From a virus (taxonomy: Duplodnaviria > Heunggongvirae > Uroviricota > Caudoviricetes), in the IMG/VR virus record IMGVR_UViG_2541047896_000017: DNA of 37,520 nt, one strand, 5' to 3'. Both the position numbers and the translations under genes were made by a program. Under the pieces are notes generated by a model that searched no databases, was not told where the DNA came from, and was given only the letters and a program-made list of their open reading frames with translations. Of the stretch, positions 19,037 to 29,755 are shown piece after piece. Each line of letters starts with the position of its first letter. Position 1 is the first letter of the stretch.

Positions 19037-19614
19037 GCGCAGAACTCATGCGGCTACTGAGCAATATCATCCGCACCGGGATCATCTCTGAAGTTGATGA
19101 GAAGTCCTGGCGCGTGCGCGTTCGCAGCGGCGAACTGGAAACAGGTTGGCTGCGCTGGAACACCACTCGCGCGGGAGCCTTCAATGTGTGGCTGCCGCCA
19201 TCACCAGGCGAACAGGTGGTAATTGCCTGCATTGGCGGCAACCCGGAAACCGCCATGATAATTGGCAGCCTGTGGAGTGATGCCATTCCGGCCCCCGGCA
19301 AAAGCCTGAAAGAAATCGTGGTCAGCGCGCCGGATGGCGCGGTGTTCAGCTACGACGCGGACGCAGGCGCACTGAGCGCCAGCGGCATGAAAACAGCCAC
19401 CCTGCAGGCATCCGTCAGCGTGACACTGGATACGCCCGTCGTGGAATGCACAGACCTTCTGAGAACGGCGACGCTTGACGTCACAAAAGGGGGAAAGATG
19501 AGCGGCAATATCACGCACAGCGGCGGCAATTTCACCTCAAACGGCATCACAGTGCATACGCATAAACACGGTGGCGTTAAAGGTGGCAGCGATTCGACAG
19601 GAGGCCCGCAGTGA
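19033..19614 (+). CDS. V: Baseplate spike/assembly protein, P2 V-like
   Basis: 193 aa; position and size. Confidence 0.75.
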   Translation: MSAELMRLLSNIIRTGIISEVDEKSWRVRVRSGELETGWLRWNTTRAGAFNVWLPPSPGEQVVIACIGGNPETAMIIGSLWSDAIPAPGKSLKEIVVSAPDGAVFSYDADAGALSASGMKTATLQASVSVTLDTPVVECTDLLRTATLDVTKGGKMSGNITHSGGNFTSNGITVHTHKHGGVKGGSDSTGGPQ

Positions 19615-19961
19615 CAACCCGCTACACAGGAATGAACCCGGACGGAACGGGAAACCTGAACGATATGGAGCACCTGAAACAGTCAGTCAGGGACATCCTG
19701 ACCACCCCGCTGGCAAGCCGGGTTATGCGACGGGAATATGGCAGCCTTGTGCCTGATTTGATTGACGAACCCATGAATAACACCACGCGTCTGCAATGCA
19801 TGAGTGCTGCCGTGATTGCGCTGACACGATGGGAACCCCGCATTGCCCTGGACGCTATCGACGCTGTCTGGAAGGCAGGAGGCCGCGCCGGGGTGACGCT
19901 GTCGGGCACTGTCATGCAGACCATGCAGAATGTTGAATTAACCATCACGCTGAGGGAGTAA
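19611..19961 (+). CDS. W: Baseplate wedge protein, P2 W-like (gp25 fold)
   Basis: 116 aa (P2 W about 115); position. Confidence 0.75.
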   Translation: MTTRYTGMNPDGTGNLNDMEHLKQSVRDILTTPLASRVMRREYGSLVPDLIDEPMNNTTRLQCMSAAVIALTRWEPRIALDAIDAVWKAGGRAGVTLSGTVMQTMQNVELTITLRE

Positions 19962-19964
19962 ATC

Positions 19965-20861
19965 ATGCCTGCCGTTGACCTTTCACAGTTACCGGAACCC
20001 GCCATCATCGCGGAGCCTGACTTTGAGGCAATTCTGGCTGACACAAAGGCCATGATGATTGCGTCCTATCCCGCCGAACAGCGTGAAGCCGTTTCCGCCG
20101 CGCTGGAGCTGGAATCGGAACCCCTTAACGTTATCGCTCAAACCATGTCGTTTCGTGAAATGCTGTTACGCCAGCGGGTCAATGAGGGTGCACGCGCCTG
20201 CATGCTAAGTCACAGCGCCGGGACAGACCTGGACAACCTCGCGGGCAATATGAACACAAAGCGCCTGGTTATCACTCCGGCAACGGATACCACCGATGCA
20301 GTGATGGAAAGCGACACCTCGCTGAGACTGCGGGCGCAACGGGCGTATGACGGTCTGAGTGTTGCTGGCCCGTCAGGCGCATACGAGTATTTTGCACGCA
20401 GCGCCAGCGGTCTGGTACGCGACGCGCGAGCCATCAGCCCGTCTCCGGCCAACGTGACGGTTTCCATTCTGTCCACTGAAGGCGACGGCACAGCAACGGA
20501 GGCGTTGCTTAATACCGTTCGCGCCGTTCTGAATGCAGAGGATACCCGCCCGGTGGCCGACCGCCTGACGGTACAGAGCGCCAGAATCGTGACATGGCGG
20601 CTGAATGCAAAACTGTTCTTTTACCCCGGCCCGGAATCCGAACCTATTCTGGCTGCGGCGGAATCGTCGTTCAGGAAGTGGCTGGCTGAGCAGGGGCTTA
20701 TCGGTCAGGACGTGGCGCTGTCAGCCATTGCTGCCGCACTGCATGTGCACGGCGTGCAACGCGTGGAGATAATCGAACCCACACAGAATATGGCCATCAG
20801 CGACATACAGGCGGCGCGCTGTGAGTCATTCACCATCAGCGAAGGTGGGCGTAATGAGTAA
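19965..20861 (+). CDS. J: Baseplate protein, P2 J-like
   Basis: 298 aa; position. Confidence 0.75.
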   Translation: MPAVDLSQLPEPAIIAEPDFEAILADTKAMMIASYPAEQREAVSAALELESEPLNVIAQTMSFREMLLRQRVNEGARACMLSHSAGTDLDNLAGNMNTKRLVITPATDTTDAVMESDTSLRLRAQRAYDGLSVAGPSGAYEYFARSASGLVRDARAISPSPANVTVSILSTEGDGTATEALLNTVRAVLNAEDTRPVADRLTVQSARIVTWRLNAKLFFYPGPESEPILAAAESSFRKWLAEQGLIGQDVALSAIAAALHVHGVQRVEIIEPTQNMAISDIQAARCESFTISEGGRNE

Positions 20862-21381
20862 TTCACTGTTACCGCCATCAGCCAGCAGTTTCATGCGTTG
20901 TGCCGAAGCCGTCGGGACACGCATTACAGACATTCCGGTAGACCTCAACACGCTGTGGTCGCCGGATACCTGCCCGGTGCATCTGCTGCCTTATCTCGCC
21001 TGGGCATTTTCCGTTGACCGCTGGGATCGCAACTGGCCGGAAGAGACAAAGCGACAGGTGATTCGTGATGCATGGCTGATACACCGACACAAGGGAACCA
21101 TCAGCGCACTGCGCCGGGCCATTGAGCCGCTGGGATATCTCATTCGTGTGTCTGAGTGGTGGGAGTTCGACGGCGAACCCGGAACATTCAAGGTTGATGT
21201 TGGCACGCTGGACAGTGGTGTGACCGAGGAAATGTATCTGGAAATGGAACGGCTGATTGCCGATGCCAAACCCGCAAGTCGCCACCTTATCGGCCTGAAC
21301 ATTATCCAGGACATTCCTGGCTATCTGTATACAGGCGGTGTGGTCTGTGATGGTGATGTTATTACTGTTTATCCCGGATAA
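20854..21381 (+). CDS. I: Baseplate/tail protein, P2 I-like
   Basis: Start at ATG 20854 overlapping J stop; position. Confidence 0.7.
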   Translation: MSNSLLPPSASSFMRCAEAVGTRITDIPVDLNTLWSPDTCPVHLLPYLAWAFSVDRWDRNWPEETKRQVIRDAWLIHRHKGTISALRRAIEPLGYLIRVSEWWEFDGEPGTFKVDVGTLDSGVTEEMYLEMERLIADAKPASRHLIGLNIIQDIPGYLYTGGVVCDGDVITVYPG

Positions 21382-21391
21382 GTGAGAAACA

Positions 21392-24049
21392 ATGAGCACG
21401 AAATTTAAAACCGTTATCACTACTGCCGGAGCCGCGAAGCTGGCAGCCGCCACTGTCCCCGGCGGGAAAAAAGTAACTCTGTCTGCAATGGCCGTGGGTG
21501 ACGGTAATGGCAAATTGCCGGTGCCGGATGCCGGTCAGACGAAACTGGTGCATGAGGTCTGGCGTCACGCTCTGAATAAAGTCAGCGTGGATAACAAGAA
21601 TAAAAACTATATCGTGGCTGAACTGGTTGTACCGCCAGAAGTGGGCGGCTTCTGGATGCGTGAGCTGGGTCTGTATGACGATGCCGGAACACTGATTGCG
21701 GTCGCTAACATGGCGGAAAGCTATAAACCTGAACTCGCTGAAGGCTCCGGGCGCGCGCAGACCTGCCGCATGGTTATTATTGTCAGCAACGTGGCGTCCG
21801 TTGAGCTGAGTATTGATGCCAGCACAGTGATGGCGACGCAGGATTACGTCGATGACAAAATCGCAGAGCATGAGCAATCCCGCCGCCATCCTGACGCCAC
21901 GCTGACAGAAAAAGGTTTTACTCAGTTAAGTAGCGCAACAAACAGCACCAGTGAAGAGCTGGCGGCAACGCCAAAGGCAGTAAAAGCAGCCTATGACAAT
22001 GCTGAAAAACGTATGCAGAAAGACCAGAACGGTGACGATATTCCAGATAAGGGCGCTTTTCTGGACAATGTTGGCGTTACCAGCCTGACGTTTATGAAAA
22101 ACAATGGCGAAATGCCGCTTGATGCTGACTTGAATACATTTGGTCCCGTTAAGGCTTATCTTGGCATCTGGTCTAAAGCAACATCCACCAACGCAACACT
22201 GGAGAAAAATTTCCCGGAAGATAATGCTGTCGGTGTGCTTGAGGTTTTTGCAGCTGGCAATTTTGCAGGCACGCAACGTTTTATCACGAGAGACGGCAAT
22301 GTATACATGCGTAAACTCGCCAATAAGTGGAATGGCACTGATGGTCCGTGGGGCGTATGGCGTCACACTCAATCAGCTACCCGCCCTTTGAGTACGACTA
22401 TAGACCTGAATACGCTTGGAGCCGCTGAGCATCTTGGTTTATGGCGTAACAGTAGCTCGGCTATAGCTTCATATGAACGCAATTATCCAGAGGAAGGCGG
22501 CTTTGCTCAGGGGACGCTTGAGATCCTCGAAGGCGGGAATTATGGAAGAACGCAACGTTATACCACTCGTCGTGGGAATATGTACGTTCGCTGCCTTGCG
22601 GCAAGCTGGGATGCATCAAATCCGCAGTGGGAACCGTGGTTAAGAGTCGGTCATCAGTCAGAGAGCCGTTATTACGAAGGTGATTTGAATGTTCTAACCG
22701 ACCCCGGTATTTACAGTGTTACAGGAAAGGCGACAAACGGTCCGATGCTGGACGCTGCTGGGGCGACATTGCTTGGGATACTGGAAGTAATCAGGCGTTT
22801 TGATGGTGTATCTGTCTGGCAGCGTTACACAACCACAGGAAAATCAGAAACCACACAGGGGCGCACTTTTGAGCGCGTCTACGCCGGGAGCACATGGACC
22901 GAATGGCGAGAAGTGTATAACTCCTTTTCGTTGCCCCTGAATATGGGGATCGGTGGCGCAGTGGCAAAACTCACCAGCCTGGACTGGCAGACCTACGATT
23001 TTGTGCCGGGCAGTCTGATAACCGTTCGGCTTGATAACATGACCAATATTCCCGACGGTATGGACTGGGGCGTCATTGATGGCAACCTGATAAACATCGC
23101 TGTTGGTCCGAGTGATAATTCCGGTACGGGGCGCTCAATGCATGTATGGCGCAGCACTGTAAGTAAAGCGAATTACCGCTTTTTTATGGTTCGCATTTCA
23201 GGAAATCCGGGAAGCCGCACGATTACGACAAGACGTGTGCCAATTATCGACGAAGCTCAGACATGGGCGGCGAAACAGACATTCAGCGGTGGTCTTTCTG
23301 GCGAACTATCCGGCAATGCTGCTACAGCAACAAAGCTGAAAACGGCAAGGACAATTAACGGCGTAAAATTTGACGGCTCGGCAAATATTGAAGCGTTTCC
23401 GCCAGGTGTTCCGCTGCCGTGGCCATCAGATACTGTGCCGTCTGGTTACGCCCTGATGCAGGGACAGACTTTTGATAAATCTGCATACCCGAAACTTGCA
23501 GTCGCTTATCCGTCAGGCGTGATCCCGGATATGCGTGGCTGGACAATCAAGGGCAAACCCGCCAGTGGTCGGGCCGTATTGTCTCTGGAACAGGACGGCA
23601 TTAAATCGCACACCCACAGTGCCAGCGCATCCAGTACGGATTTGGGTACGAAAACCACATCGTCGTTTGATTACGGTACTAAATCAACGAATAACACAGG
23701 TGCACATACCCACAATGTATCTGGTACTGCAAATAGTGCTGGCGCACATACTCATACCGTTCCATTAAGGAGACCAAACAGTGGCGGTATGAATTTCGAC
23801 TGGCTGGATGGTGCATCAAGTGGCACGGTGGTGGGGAATGGAACTGTGCCTTCTTCTGGCGCACATACCCACTCAGTATCAGGTACCGCTACAAGTGCTG
23901 GGGCACATGCACACACTGTTGGTATTGGCGCTCATACGCACTCTGTTGCGATTGGTTCACATGGACACACCATCACCGTTAACGCTGCTGGTAACGCGGA
24001 AAACACCGTTAAAAACATCGCATTTAATTATATTGTGAGGCTTGCATAA
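21392..24049 (+). CDS. H: Tail fibre protein, P2 H-like, with internally triplicated domain and His-rich C-terminal repeats
   Basis: 885 aa; conserved N-terminus [20 protein letters not shown]...; three DLN(T/V)(F/L)-initiated repeats of about 85-90 aa; C-terminal GAHTH repeats. Confidence 0.85.
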   Translation: MSTKFKTVITTAGAAKLAAATVPGGKKVTLSAMAVGDGNGKLPVPDAGQTKLVHEVWRHALNKVSVDNKNKNYIVAELVVPPEVGGFWMRELGLYDDAGTLIAVANMAESYKPELAEGSGRAQTCRMVIIVSNVASVELSIDASTVMATQDYVDDKIAEHEQSRRHPDATLTEKGFTQLSSATNSTSEELAATPKAVKAAYDNAEKRMQKDQNGDDIPDKGAFLDNVGVTSLTFMKNNGEMPLDADLNTFGPVKAYLGIWSKATSTNATLEKNFPEDNAVGVLEVFAAGNFAGTQRFITRDGNVYMRKLANKWNGTDGPWGVWRHTQSATRPLSTTIDLNTLGAAEHLGLWRNSSSAIASYERNYPEEGGFAQGTLEILEGGNYGRTQRYTTRRGNMYVRCLAASWDASNPQWEPWLRVGHQSESRYYEGDLNVLTDPGIYSVTGKATNGPMLDAAGATLLGILEVIRRFDGVSVWQRYTTTGKSETTQGRTFERVYAGSTWTEWREVYNSFSLPLNMGIGGAVAKLTSLDWQTYDFVPGSLITVRLDNMTNIPDGMDWGVIDGNLINIAVGPSDNSGTGRSMHVWRSTVSKANYRFFMVRISGNPGSRTITTRRVPIIDEAQTWAAKQTFSGGLSGELSGNAATATKLKTARTINGVKFDGSANIEAFPPGVPLPWPSDTVPSGYALMQGQTFDKSAYPKLAVAYPSGVIPDMRGWTIKGKPASGRAVLSLEQDGIKSHTHSASASSTDLGTKTTSSFDYGTKSTNNTGAHTHNVSGTANSAGAHTHTVPLRRPNSGGMNFDWLDGASSGTVVGNGTVPSSGAHTHSVSGTATSAGAHAHTVGIGAHTHSVAIGSHGHTITVNAAGNAENTVKNIAFNYIVRLA
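23698..23976. repeat. Imperfect direct repeats encoding GAHTH(S/N)VSGTA(T/N)SAGAH motifs
   Basis: Two copies of about 57 bp (near 23698 and 23857) plus shorter GAHTHxV units. Confidence 0.6.
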
Positions 24050-24666
24050 TGGCATTCAGAATGAGTGAACAATCACGTACTGTAAAAATTTATAACCTGC
24101 TGGCCGGAACTAATGAGTTTATTGGTGAAGGTGACGCATATATTCCACCTCATACAGGGCTGCCAGCCAATTCTACAGATATCGCCCCACCGGAAATTCC
24201 TGCTGGCTTTGTGGCAGTTTTTAACAGTGAAAATGAATCGTGGAATATTGTTGAAGACCATCGTGGTAAAACGGTCTATGACGTGGCATCGGGGGACGCG
24301 TTGTTTATTTCTGAACCCGGACCGCTACCAGAGAATGTCACCTGGTTGTCGCCAGCAGGGGAGTATCAGAAGTGGGACGGCGTATCCTGGGTGAAGGATG
24401 AGGAAGCAGAAAAACTGTTTCGGATACGGGAAGCGGAAGAGAAAAAGGCAAGGTTGATCCAGGAAGCAACAGATAACATCGCAATTCTGCAGGATGCAGT
24501 TAATCTTGAAATAGCAACAAACGAGGAAAATTCACAACTGGATTCCTGGAGAAAATACAGAGTATTAGTGAGTAGAATTGACACCAGTACAGCTCCGGAT
24601 ATCGTATGGCCAGAGCTGATGAATCAGGGTTATGTGCGGGAGGACGAGCAGATAACTTCAGACTGA
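24049..24666 (+). CDS. G: Tail fibre assembly chaperone, P2 G-like
   Basis: 205 aa immediately after H, start overlaps H stop. Confidence 0.75.
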   Translation: MAFRMSEQSRTVKIYNLLAGTNEFIGEGDAYIPPHTGLPANSTDIAPPEIPAGFVAVFNSENESWNIVEDHRGKTVYDVASGDALFISEPGPLPENVTWLSPAGEYQKWDGVSWVKDEEAEKLFRIREAEEKKARLIQEATDNIAILQDAVNLEIATNEENSQLDSWRKYRVLVSRIDTSTAPDIVWPELMNQGYVREDEQITSD

Positions 24667-25193
24667 AATTTAGTGATGAATGTTGAATCATCTGGAATAT
24701 CATGCAATACCAATGCATGAGCACCTATTGTGACATTGTTTCCTATACGCACTTTGCCACCAAGAATGGTGGCATTACAACCAATGGTCACATTATGTCC
24801 TATAACAATATCCATATCATTAAAATCACCACGCAGCCCAATAGTTACCCCTGGTTTTATTGAACAATTTTCACCGATTGTTACTTTGTGACCGATAACA
24901 ACACTGTTGAGATAAGAAACATCAAAGCCTTTCCCTATATTTACAGTTAAAGGGACTGTTACATTATATTTATCAAGAATGAAACGTTCTATTTTCCCCG
25001 CAATCTTCCGACAGTATCCGCCTTTATCAAAAAGGTATTTGGCTATGCGCCACCAAAATAAATAACGAACTCTTCTATGTTTTATTGCGCGAACAATTGC
25101 CTTTCGCCAGGAGAAAGGACGCTCGCTACCGATTACTTCATAGTGAATACAATCTTTAAGTTCATTAATATTCATATCTCTATTATTCAGCAT
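24630..25193 (-). CDS. Hexapeptide-repeat (left-handed beta-helix) acyl/acetyltransferase; moron
   Basis: Hexapeptide repeats [14 protein letters not shown] / [33 protein letters not shown]; region visibly AT-rich; convergent 3' overlap with G. Confidence 0.7.
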   Translation of the reverse strand: MLNNRDMNINELKDCIHYEVIGSERPFSWRKAIVRAIKHRRVRYLFWWRIAKYLFDKGGYCRKIAGKIERFILDKYNVTVPLTVNIGKGFDVSYLNSVVIGHKVTIGENCSIKPGVTIGLRGDFNDMDIVIGHNVTIGCNATILGGKVRIGNNVTIGAHALVLHDIPDDSTFITKFQSEVICSSSRT

Positions 25194-25363
25194 AAGATAA
25201 TCATGTGACCAATTATTGTAATAATTTTAATGGTATGTTTCTACTGGCTATCCAGCGTGTCTGATGTCCAGTAACAAATCGTTAACACTGGTGCAATCAA
25301 ATGGTGAGTGTTAAGACTGGCCACTTATTACCAGGTATGAGGGTATGAGTGGCCAGCATTAAA

Positions 25364-25858
25364 TCAGAACAGCCCTTTAACTGAACTGGCCGCGCTGTTA
25401 AGGGATGATGTCACTTTATCTTTGAAGCCGGACAGCATATCGCTGAACGATGAGGATTGCAGGCGCTCCCGCAAATCCTCATCACAGCGTTCAAGGGTCA
25501 GTGAAAATTCTATCTTTTTCGCCTTACCGTAGAGATCAAACTCGGAACGGGTCGTATTCGTTTCGGTCAGGACATACATGCCGTAAATCTGCCCGACGCC
25601 ATCAATAAGAGGCCAGGGGCGTCCTGTATACGCCTGCGTGGTCAGCAGCGACAGCGACACTTCGCCACCTGTAATTTCAGGATAAAGCACACCAGAAAGA
25701 ACGATGCGATCATCACCTGCACCGATATACTGCCAGCTTGCTGAACGGTTAACGCGTTCATTTTTCACATGCCGCCAGCTTTTGTTTTGCTGTAACTGCT
25801 GATGCGGCAGCGTGCGCAGCTCAAAAACAAACATGCCGTAGATCATCATCATGGCCAT
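25364..25858 (-). CDS. U: Tail protein, P2 U-like
   Basis: 164 aa; SWRH...DDRIVLSGVLYPEITGG...WPLIDG resembles recalled P2 U. Confidence 0.85.
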   Translation of the reverse strand: MAMMMIYGMFVFELRTLPHQQLQQNKSWRHVKNERVNRSASWQYIGAGDDRIVLSGVLYPEITGGEVSLSLLTTQAYTGRPWPLIDGVGQIYGMYVLTETNTTRSEFDLYGKAKKIEFSLTLERCDEDLRERLQSSSFSDMLSGFKDKVTSSLNSAASSVKGLF

Positions 25859-25864
25859 GACTCC

Positions 25865-28708
25865 TCAATCTTTATCGTAAAAACTGCCACGCCCGGCACG
25901 GGCGCGCCGTTCCATTTCTGCCCTGACCATTTCACCGACCAGTTTCGCCAGTTCGCGGGGATTCTGCGTAACAACGTTATGCAGATGAACATGAATTTCA
26001 CCACCAAATCCGGAGGCAACAGGCTCCCGGTTACGGGAAGTTACAGGAACTGATGCCACTGGAGATCGTATGGCCTCCGCCACCGGGCGGGAGCTGGCCG
26101 CAACAACAGGGACCAGCGCCGGAGGCAGCGGAGCCGGGACCACGGGTGTGATATTAATTGCGGGGGCAGGCTTACTGACCTGCGCAATCTTCCGCTCCTG
26201 CCACTCTCCACGAACAGCAAGTGCGCGGGGCAGGTTCTTAAAGACAATATCGCCGGGGCCAATGCGTTTTTTCGTCTCATCAACCAGCTTACCTGTGTTA
26301 TCAGCAATTTTGCTGAGTCTGCGTAGCGTCCCGGTATTGCTGTCTGTGAGCGGTTTGTTGTCTTTGGGTTTATTACCTCCGGTGCCATTGCCATTTTCCA
26401 CAGGCTTCGGCGGATTGATTTTCGCCAGGTCACCCTGAAGCAAGGCAACCTTGTCCTGAAGAATGGCCGCACGCTGTGCGTCTTCGATTTTCTTGCGCGC
26501 TCTTTCCGCTTCATCCGGAAGGACGCCAAGTTTTTCAAGTATCCACGCCAGCGTATCCAGTAGCATTTTTGCAGGTGTCAGAACAAGCTGTAACGCACCG
26601 CCAAGAACGTTACCGAATATCTCGCCAGCACTGGTACATTTATCCAGCGTTTCCTTGCTGGACTCCATCGGTGACAGCAGCGATTTAAACCAGTTAAACA
26701 CCTGGCTGATCCCGCTTCCGATTGTGTCAAAAACAGGACCAAACCGTTCAAAGGTTTCGCGCAACGGGGTCAGCCTTTCCATAATCCCGCTGAACACCCC
26801 GGCAAAAAATGCCCTGATGGGATCCCAGTATTTCCAGATAAGAACGGCAGCTCCGGCAAGCGCAGCCACGATAAGACCAACCGGACTGAACAGCGCCCCG
26901 ATAGCGCCTCCCAGTAAAGAAACGGAACCCGTCACCATTCCCCACAGCGCAGGCAACACCCTGACGACATTCATTGACCGGGTAAGAATGTCAAAACCAA
27001 GACGCAGGGTGGCCAGCTTCCCGTAAAGCACCCCAATAACCAGCGACAACGAGCCAATCGTTGCAGTCATTGCCAGCAACGCACCGCCTGCTATCAGTAG
27101 CTGGCGCGTCAGTACCGGATGGGCCTGCGCCAGCGAGGTGATTTTTTCAAGCACCCGCGTGAGCCACTGCGTGACAGAACGCAGCGGACCGTCAACCAGA
27201 TCACTGATGCGAATACGAAGACCTTCCCATGCGCTGTCGAGATTTTTCAGGTCCCCATCAAGATTATCGGCCATTACTTTTGCGACGCGATCGGCCTCTC
27301 CCCTTGCCCCCTGCAATTCTCTGGTCAGTTTTTGCAGCTCTCCTGAACCAGCCGCCGCAACAAGCGTCTGCAAACCAACGAACGCCTCTTCTCCGGCGAT
27401 GTCCTTGAAGAAGGAAACCTGGTCCACCTGTCCGTATTTTTGTGTCGCCTTATAGAGATCAAGCAGCACATCCTCCATCGGGCGCATTTTGCCTCTGGCG
27501 TCAGCAACTGACACCCCCAGCTCTTTCAGTGCATCAGCCGCAGCTTTTGGCGGTGATGCAAGGCGGGACAGACTTGCGCGCATGGCCGTACCAGCATCGC
27601 TTCCGCGAAGACCATTATTGGCAAGCATCCCGGCCATGGCTGCCGCTTCTTCAAGACTGATACCAAGTTTTGCGGCAACCGGACCGGTATACTTCATGGT
27701 TTCGCCCAGCGCGCGTAAATCAGTATTGGTCCGGGTGAATGCTGCTGTCAGCGTATCGCCAACACGGTCCATTTGATCGGCTGTCAGGTTGAACTGTGTG
27801 AGGATATTGGAGCCTATATCAGCCGTCTCGCCGAGTTCGACGCCACCTGCCAGCGCCATATTAAGAACACCGGGCAATGCGGCCTGAATGGCCTGCGGAG
27901 TAAAACCAGCCATTGCCAGAAAGCTCTGCCCACTGGCGGCATCACTCGCAGTAAACTGTGTTTCAGAGCCAAGTTTTAACGCCTGCTCACGCAGCGCCTT
28001 AAACTGCGGGCTGTTTTTGTCGATTCGCGTCAGTGCCTGAACGCGGGACATCTCTTTGCCGAACCCGATCGCAGGCTGCAAAAAACGCCCGGCAGCATAG
28101 CCGCCCGCCGTTGCCGCACCAATTGCCAGCGCACCACCTGTTTTCAGTTTTCCCGCCGTTTCCTGCGCGCGCGAATACCGCTCACGCGCCCGTGTTACAC
28201 GCGCAAGCGCCTGCCGTTCGCGTTCAAGCTGGTTGTTGTACTGTTCGGTGCGTCTGATGGCCTGCTGGATGGTGTTATCGCTGCCTGTCAGGGAAATGCC
28301 GTGGCGTTTCAGCTCTCCGCCAAGCTCCCGCATTTTCTGAATTTCCCGTGTGCGCGATTCATTCAGGCGTTCAAGCCGGGTGCTTAACTGCTGCATCAGC
28401 TTTTGTTGTTTTTCGCTGAGCACTGTACCCGTGCGTTGTAACTGATTAAGGGCGTTAAGCTGGCGTCGTGCTTTCAATATGCCAGCATCCGCTTTACTGA
28501 CAGCGTCACGGGCGCGCTCAAATGAACGCGCCTGACGCTCGAGATTTTTGATCGCCCCCTGCGTTCGCTGGATGGAGTCACCAAACTGCCCCATCAGGCG
28601 GCGGGCGTTTTCGGCAGGCCGGGTCAGCCTGTCAACGGCGCTGAAAGCGACCCGGATGTCAAGAGTCTTCATTGTCTGCATTCCCGCTGCGAAGTGCCGC
28701 CCGCTCAC
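25865..28708 (-). CDS. T: Tail tape measure protein, P2 T-like
   Basis: 947 aa, coiled-coil rich N-terminus, hydrophobic/Gly-rich middle; lies between E' and U. Confidence 0.85.
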   Translation of the reverse strand: MSGRHFAAGMQTMKTLDIRVAFSAVDRLTRPAENARRLMGQFGDSIQRTQGAIKNLERQARSFERARDAVSKADAGILKARRQLNALNQLQRTGTVLSEKQQKLMQQLSTRLERLNESRTREIQKMRELGGELKRHGISLTGSDNTIQQAIRRTEQYNNQLERERQALARVTRARERYSRAQETAGKLKTGGALAIGAATAGGYAAGRFLQPAIGFGKEMSRVQALTRIDKNSPQFKALREQALKLGSETQFTASDAASGQSFLAMAGFTPQAIQAALPGVLNMALAGGVELGETADIGSNILTQFNLTADQMDRVGDTLTAAFTRTNTDLRALGETMKYTGPVAAKLGISLEEAAAMAGMLANNGLRGSDAGTAMRASLSRLASPPKAAADALKELGVSVADARGKMRPMEDVLLDLYKATQKYGQVDQVSFFKDIAGEEAFVGLQTLVAAAGSGELQKLTRELQGARGEADRVAKVMADNLDGDLKNLDSAWEGLRIRISDLVDGPLRSVTQWLTRVLEKITSLAQAHPVLTRQLLIAGGALLAMTATIGSLSLVIGVLYGKLATLRLGFDILTRSMNVVRVLPALWGMVTGSVSLLGGAIGALFSPVGLIVAALAGAAVLIWKYWDPIRAFFAGVFSGIMERLTPLRETFERFGPVFDTIGSGISQVFNWFKSLLSPMESSKETLDKCTSAGEIFGNVLGGALQLVLTPAKMLLDTLAWILEKLGVLPDEAERARKKIEDAQRAAILQDKVALLQGDLAKINPPKPVENGNGTGGNKPKDNKPLTDSNTGTLRRLSKIADNTGKLVDETKKRIGPGDIVFKNLPRALAVRGEWQERKIAQVSKPAPAINITPVVPAPLPPALVPVVAASSRPVAEAIRSPVASVPVTSRNREPVASGFGGEIHVHLHNVVTQNPRELAKLVGEMVRAEMERRARAGRGSFYDKD

Positions 28709-29188
28709 GCCAGCTAACCACTTCGCCGGGCGTCATCATGAAGATTTCGGCGGGCGACCAGTTAAAAATGGCGGCAATATCCGCCACCAGATCTTCGATG
28801 TGCTCAAAGCACACCAGGGTGATTACGCTGCCGTCTCCTGCACGCTCTTCGCGCCAGAGTCTGGCTCGCTCATAAAATTTACAGCCACAGCGCACAACTG
28901 AATAAAATCGCGTGACGACATTTTTTTAATCATCACTTCATCCAGTCGTGGCGAGGTCACGCGAGGCAACAGCGTGAACATGGTATCCGCTTTCAGATTC
29001 AGCACATCAGACAGCGACAGACCACGCAGGGATCCAGCCTGCTCAATAGCCCCGGTGATCTCCACATACGTGATTTTTTCGCCACCACGCTCAATTGGTC
29101 GGGTCAGTTTTACGCCACGCTCGCTGGTTTCTTTCACAGTGTCAGCAACGACCGTATTTTCGGTATCGATGTTTTTCGTCACTTTCAT
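28659..29188 (-). CDS. E': Tail assembly chaperone E+E' fusion, predicted product of -1 frameshift
   Basis: The 28659..28895 ORF is in the -1 frame relative to E; that frame opens immediately after an A7 run (plus-strand T7 at 28920-28926) inside E. Confidence 0.6.
28823..29188 (-). CDS. E: Tail assembly chaperone, P2 E-like
   Basis: ..LRGLSLSDVLN...LLPRVTSP.. resembles recalled P2 E; position between FII and T. True start may lie downstream of 29188. Confidence 0.7.
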   Translation of the reverse strand: MKVTKNIDTENTVVADTVKETSERGVKLTRPIERGGEKITYVEITGAIEQAGSLRGLSLSDVLNLKADTMFTLLPRVTSPRLDEVMIKKMSSRDFIQLCAVAVNFMSEPDSGAKSVQETAA

Positions 29189-29242
29189 CAGGAAACTCCT
29201 TTCAGTCAGAGGCGACGCACTGCGCCGCCTGCATATTACTTA

Positions 29243-29755
29243 TCAGCCAAGCCCGAGCGCGGAACGGATGCGATCGGGCACAATGTCCTTGCCGTCCTTC
29301 CGGTAAATGAAGTTCAGCAGGTCAATCTCCCACAACGGGCGATCGTTAACACTCAGCTTGTAGTAGGTGTTTTTAATGGCGTAAGTGTGTGATGTGGCTT
29401 CGCCCTGTTTGGCTTCCCCCATATCAATTTCCGTCACACGTCCGCGCATTTCGACTTCATACAGGTCGCTTTCATCATCGGTGTAGTATTCACCCGCAAA
29501 ACGCAGTAGCGTGCCGTCAATCGTGCCGCCATACTTCAGGAACAGCTCACGAACTGCGCCCCCCATGACAAAGCTCGCATCAAGCGCGGAGTCGTCCAGA
29601 CCGAGATCAATACTTACCGCCCCCATCATGCCACCACCCCGGTAGCTGTCGGTTTTGCGCGTCAGTTTAGGCAGGGTGACGGACGTCACCTTACCCACTT
29701 CGTTTTCACCATCCACAAACAGCGTAAAAAAGCGAAGATGTTTTGGTACAGCCAT
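29243..29755 (-). CDS. FII: Tail tube protein, P2 FII-like
   Basis: 170 aa; MAVPKHLRFFTLFVDGE.. matches recalled P2 FII. Confidence 0.85.
   Translation of the reverse strand: MAVPKHLRFFTLFVDGENEVGKVTSVTLPKLTRKTDSYRGGGMMGAVSIDLGLDDSALDASFVMGGAVRELFLKYGGTIDGTLLRFAGEYYTDDESDLYEVEMRGRVTEIDMGEAKQGEATSHTYAIKNTYYKLSVNDRPLWEIDLLNFIYRKDGKDIVPDRIRSALGLG

Noticed and set aside
26041-27776. Multiple ORFs overlapping the tape measure gene on both strands
   Set aside because: Open frames are expected in a long Ala/Gly-rich coding region; the tape measure frame is the one supported by synteny.
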